Below, piece after piece: positions 55,946 through 58,933 of a stretch of DNA of 58,933 nt. Origin of the DNA: a virus (lineage: Duplodnaviria > Caudoviricetes); IMG/VR virus record IMGVR_UViG_3300012284_000001, positions 1 through 58,933 of that record; one strand, written 5' to 3'. A program made the translations under genes and the position numbers. Positions within the stretch are counted from its first letter, which is position 1. Each line of letters starts with the position of its first letter. Below the pieces are notes generated by a model that was given only the letters and a program-made list of their open reading frames with translations, had not been told where the DNA came from and made no database searches.

Positions 55946-56169
55946 TCAACCGCTTTGCTCTCCGCGATCTTGCCTTCACCCTGGTAGTCGTGAAACTCAT
56001 CGTTCAGCTCACCTGTCCGGCAATAAATTAAATTTCCGCTCTCGCGGTGCTTGTAGATTTTGACCGCGACTTTGGGTTCGGCAAGTAAATACCAAGCCCC
56101 CAGTGCGATCAGGACGATCACTACTACCGTGATCATCATTTGATTCTTTGCATCCGTTACCGTGTTCAT
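55939..56169 (-). CDS. Small membrane-anchored protein
   Basis: N-terminal TM helix; ATGA coupling to terL. Confidence 0.6.
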   Translation of the reverse strand: MNTVTDAKNQMMITVVVIVLIALGAWYLLAEPKVAVKIYKHRESGNLIYCRTGELNDEFHDYQGEGKIAESKAVEC

Positions 56170-57632
56170 GCATACATCTCCTCGTATTCCGGATCGAACG
56201 AATCCTCCGGCTCGAACCAGTTGTTAGTGTAGTCACCGATGCTTTCCGCAAAGGTCATCGCGAGCGAGTCTCCCTCGTCCGGGGAGTCCAGGCCGCGTTT
56301 CTTCATGTCCTGTTTCCTTTCCATCCGCATCAGCTCCTTACCATCAAAGGAGTACTCGATGCCGATCAGGGAAGCGCGCAGCTCGGCGTCGTTCGGCAGA
56401 TCCGCACCGTCACGCAGCCACTGCCGCATGCGGTCCCACATCTCCGCGCGCTTGTTAAAATAGGTATCCTCGTCATCCGCCTTGACCCCGGCGTTGACCT
56501 CGATAATCTCGTAGTTGAGCATCCGCAAGCGATCCACCACCCCGGCGCCAACCCCGATGCCGTCCACAAAGACCGCGGCAGGCCGGAATTCCCGAATCGT
56601 GTCTGCCGCCATCGTGGCCACCTGCATCGTGTTCAGTTCTCGAAACTTCCGCTGCTCCAGTACTTTACGGCCCTGGCGGACCGTGATGACGGTCTTGTCA
56701 TCCCCGTAGCGCGCGACGTCAACGCCCATCAGTACCGGCAACTGGAAGTGTGCCTCGTACGGACACTCCCACAACATGCCGCGATCCACCAGATCCGAGC
56801 TGATGAACTGCATGTCGCCGGTCCGGGGGAAGACCCCGCGGACGCGGACCCGGATAAAGTCAGAATCCTCGCCGTAGGTGTCTACCCACTCCGAGATTTC
56901 TGCCTTGTTGGTCATCTTGGCCTGACGGGAATCGATCTGCCGGGTAAACCAGCGGTGCTTGTCCGAGTGGAAACATTCCCTGAAGCGCCCGGTGTTCTTG
57001 GTCGGGTTACCGTAGACGAACCACATCGCCCGGGGTGTGGTCATCGCGCCTTCCGAGACCTCCCATATCTTATCAGGAATACCAGAAGCCTCATCGTAGA
57101 TAACCAAGACATGGGTCGCGTGCAGTCCGGCGAACGCCTCCGAGTTATGCTCAGTATTAGGAACCGCAGCGACAAACCACGTTTCGGGGTGGGTCTTGTG
57201 ATAAAACTTGGTCGCGCTCCACTTGAACCAGTGTTCATTTATCAGTCTTTTGTGCCATACCGCCAGCTCGCGCCAAGTCTTCGTATTCAGCTGTGGTAAG
57301 GTATTTGCAGTAACGACACCGTTCAAATGCGGCCTTGTCGACATAGCCCATAAGACAATCCAGGCTACTTCGGCACTTTTTCCGATACCGTGGCCGGACG
57401 CGGTGGCCTCGCGTATTGTGCATAATGGATCCTCCCTGAACTGTTCACCGATGCGAATCAGTTGTTCAGTCTGCCAGTCGTCCGGTCCGTCGAACTCCTC
57501 CAGCGGCCCATCCTTCTCACCCCAAGGAAAGGCATACATGATAAATCCGAGCGGATCATCATAAAACTCTGCGATATCAGCGGCAAGTTCCTCTTCGAAC
57601 TCCAGCGGCGAGATCTTGCGCGCGAGGTTCAT
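56166..57632 (-). CDS. terL: Terminase large subunit
   Basis: Walker A SGHGIGKS, Walker B VIYDEASG, GNPT, nuclease GVDVARYGDD and SPDEGDSL. Confidence 0.95.
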   Translation of the reverse strand: MNLARKISPLEFEEELAADIAEFYDDPLGFIMYAFPWGEKDGPLEEFDGPDDWQTEQLIRIGEQFREDPLCTIREATASGHGIGKSAEVAWIVLWAMSTRPHLNGVVTANTLPQLNTKTWRELAVWHKRLINEHWFKWSATKFYHKTHPETWFVAAVPNTEHNSEAFAGLHATHVLVIYDEASGIPDKIWEVSEGAMTTPRAMWFVYGNPTKNTGRFRECFHSDKHRWFTRQIDSRQAKMTNKAEISEWVDTYGEDSDFIRVRVRGVFPRTGDMQFISSDLVDRGMLWECPYEAHFQLPVLMGVDVARYGDDKTVITVRQGRKVLEQRKFRELNTMQVATMAADTIREFRPAAVFVDGIGVGAGVVDRLRMLNYEIIEVNAGVKADDEDTYFNKRAEMWDRMRQWLRDGADLPNDAELRASLIGIEYSFDGKELMRMERKQDMKKRGLDSPDEGDSLAMTFAESIGDYTNNWFEPEDSFDPEYEEMYA

Positions 57633-58366
57633 CAGTGCACCCGTGGCTCGCCCTGATCCTCTCTCATCGCATTATCTCGCATTTGTTCCGCTTTTTGCTG
57701 TGCTGCCTCTTTACGTTTACGCGCCATGTCCAACACATCATGGTGATTCACCGTCAGCTCACCCTCGTGCTTCTGGGTCAACTTATCCCCGAACCGCTCA
57801 TGATGAAGCCTCGACATCAGCCACTGCCGGGTTCCGATCTTCAGCTTCGCCCGGTTCACACTATCGTGATCAACCCGGAGCCGACCCTGGTCATCCACAA
57901 AATGATCTCCCTGCGTCTGATCCGAGATCTCGATCATCTCATCCGCCCAGGTCTCACACTGCAGTTTCCGCGCCTCGTCATACATCTCCCGTATGCTCGG
58001 ATCGTGCAATATGATGGTCATCAACTGATTCAACTCCCCGTCCATCATCTCCAGTGCCTTCGCCGCGTCCACGTTCGTCTTCCCGCTGGCCACCTGCACC
58101 AAGAACTCATCAATCCGCTCAATCGGCCAGTCCCTCCGGATCCACTCCCGCTCGGCCGCGCGGATCTCCGTCATCGCACTGGGCTCCGTAATACAGTGCG
58201 CCCTCACGGTCTGCACCGACAGACTCGCCGCCACCGCGGCCTCCTGCCTCGTACCACCATTGGCCAACCACTGCAGATACACCTTCCAGTTCTCCGGCGT
58301 GACCGGGTTCTTGCGCTTACCGCTCGGTGTCTTCTTCCTGTTGGCGCGGATCTTGGGGTGTGGCAT
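57632..58366 (-). CDS. terS: Terminase small subunit (Sf6/P22-like C-terminal half)
   Basis: Y.EAR......ADE..EI.D and D.V.RAKLKI.TRQW..SRL....FGDK; TGATG coupling to terL. Confidence 0.8.
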   Translation of the reverse strand: MPHPKIRANRKKTPSGKRKNPVTPENWKVYLQWLANGGTRQEAAVAASLSVQTVRAHCITEPSAMTEIRAAEREWIRRDWPIERIDEFLVQVASGKTNVDAAKALEMMDGELNQLMTIILHDPSIREMYDEARKLQCETWADEMIEISDQTQGDHFVDDQGRLRVDHDSVNRAKLKIGTRQWLMSRLHHERFGDKLTQKHEGELTVNHHDVLDMARKRKEAAQQKAEQMRDNAMREDQGEPRVH

Positions 58367-58539
58367 CAGAGTCCCTTAAACGGATTGTGATTCGGCCGCT
58401 CAATAAAACTGCGATTGCTGAACTGATAAACAGGATATGGCCTCTCCTTACCGTCGATGGCAAACACCACCGAGCGGCCCGAGAGGACTCGTTTTTGCGG
58501 CTTTTTCTGGGGTACCGGGAACCCGTTTGTAGCAGCCAT
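58366..58539 (-). CDS. Small basic protein upstream of terS (57 aa, MAATNGFPVPQKKPQKRVLSG...PFKGL)
   Basis: Read from the sequence: AAGGAG RBS, TGATG coupling to terS; not in the ORF track. Confidence 0.6.
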   Translation of the reverse strand: MAATNGFPVPQKKPQKRVLSGRSVVFAIDGKERPYPVYQFSNRSFIERPNHNPFKGL

Positions 58540-58933
58540 CCAATAACTCCTTGATTTAAAAGAGAAAACCCGGCATGGGCATACCGGGAATCTCGCATCA
58601 ACTCACCAAGGCCAAACGGCCTACCAGTTCTCTGGAGAATAGAGTGTTCTGGATGGCTCTCTTGAATACCACGGAATCGAGGTGGAAGTCAAACCTGGGC
58701 GGCTGAACAAGGGTCCAGCTTTGCGCCCAGCTTTGCGCCCAGACCTGGGTCCGAAGGACCGGGTTTCTGGAAATTCAAAAATAAAAAATTTGAGCAGAAA
58801 CGTATGGTACCTAGCGGGACCGCTAGCTGGCGCTCGGCGACTTTGGATTTCGGAATGTATGAGACTCATTCCCCCGGACCCGGGCCCGATCCCCCAGACC
58901 CCGCGGGGCTGGGGCGCCCGGGCACCGGGCCAC

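Larger units (their letters stand above)
1..58933. mobile_element. Tailed dsDNA bacteriophage genome (near complete), podovirus-like, with a PolA/DUF2800/DUF2815/VRR-NUC/SNF2 replication module
   Basis: Terminase, portal, capsid, adaptor/nozzle, ejection proteins, lysin, primase and PolA in tightly coupled operons; no host housekeeping genes; no tape measure or sheath recognised. Confidence 0.95.

Noticed and set aside
56148-58390. Long + strand ORFs (383 aa, 251 aa) opposite terL and terS; similarly 5665..6492 and 23856..24740
   Set aside because: Antisense shadows expected from GC3-rich codon usage; no motifs or RBS
1-58933. Stop-codon reassignment or phage tRNAs
   Set aside because: TAA, TAG and TGA all end well-coupled genes under the standard code; no cloverleaf seen in the intergenic gaps (tRNAscan not run)

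Overview
The window is a near-complete (~59 kb) genome of a lytic-looking tailed phage, probably podovirus-like. It has a small early/accessory operon (1-3730, +), a putative origin next to a primase-SF3 helicase (-), and a replication module (DUF2800/Cas4-like nuclease, DUF2815 SSB, family A polymerase, VRR-NUC, SNF2 helicase; +). A long late arm on the - strand carries terS, terL, portal, scaffold, capsid, adaptor, nozzle, tail fibres, ejection/polyvalent proteins and an extended lysis cassette. No integrase, tRNA, CRISPR array or reverse transcriptase was seen. The standout feature is non-coding: three complete type II hammerhead ribozymes (324-385, 1514-1577, 2815-2886) punctuate the early operon. 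Each starts at the upstream stop codon, ends in a conserved tail that can mask its own catalytic strand, and is followed by a shared AACGCAAGG leader; a partial fourth copy lies before the terminator. This suggests a ribozyme-based system for processing early mRNA or exchanging gene cassettes. Protein calls come from motif recognition by eye; no database searches were run.
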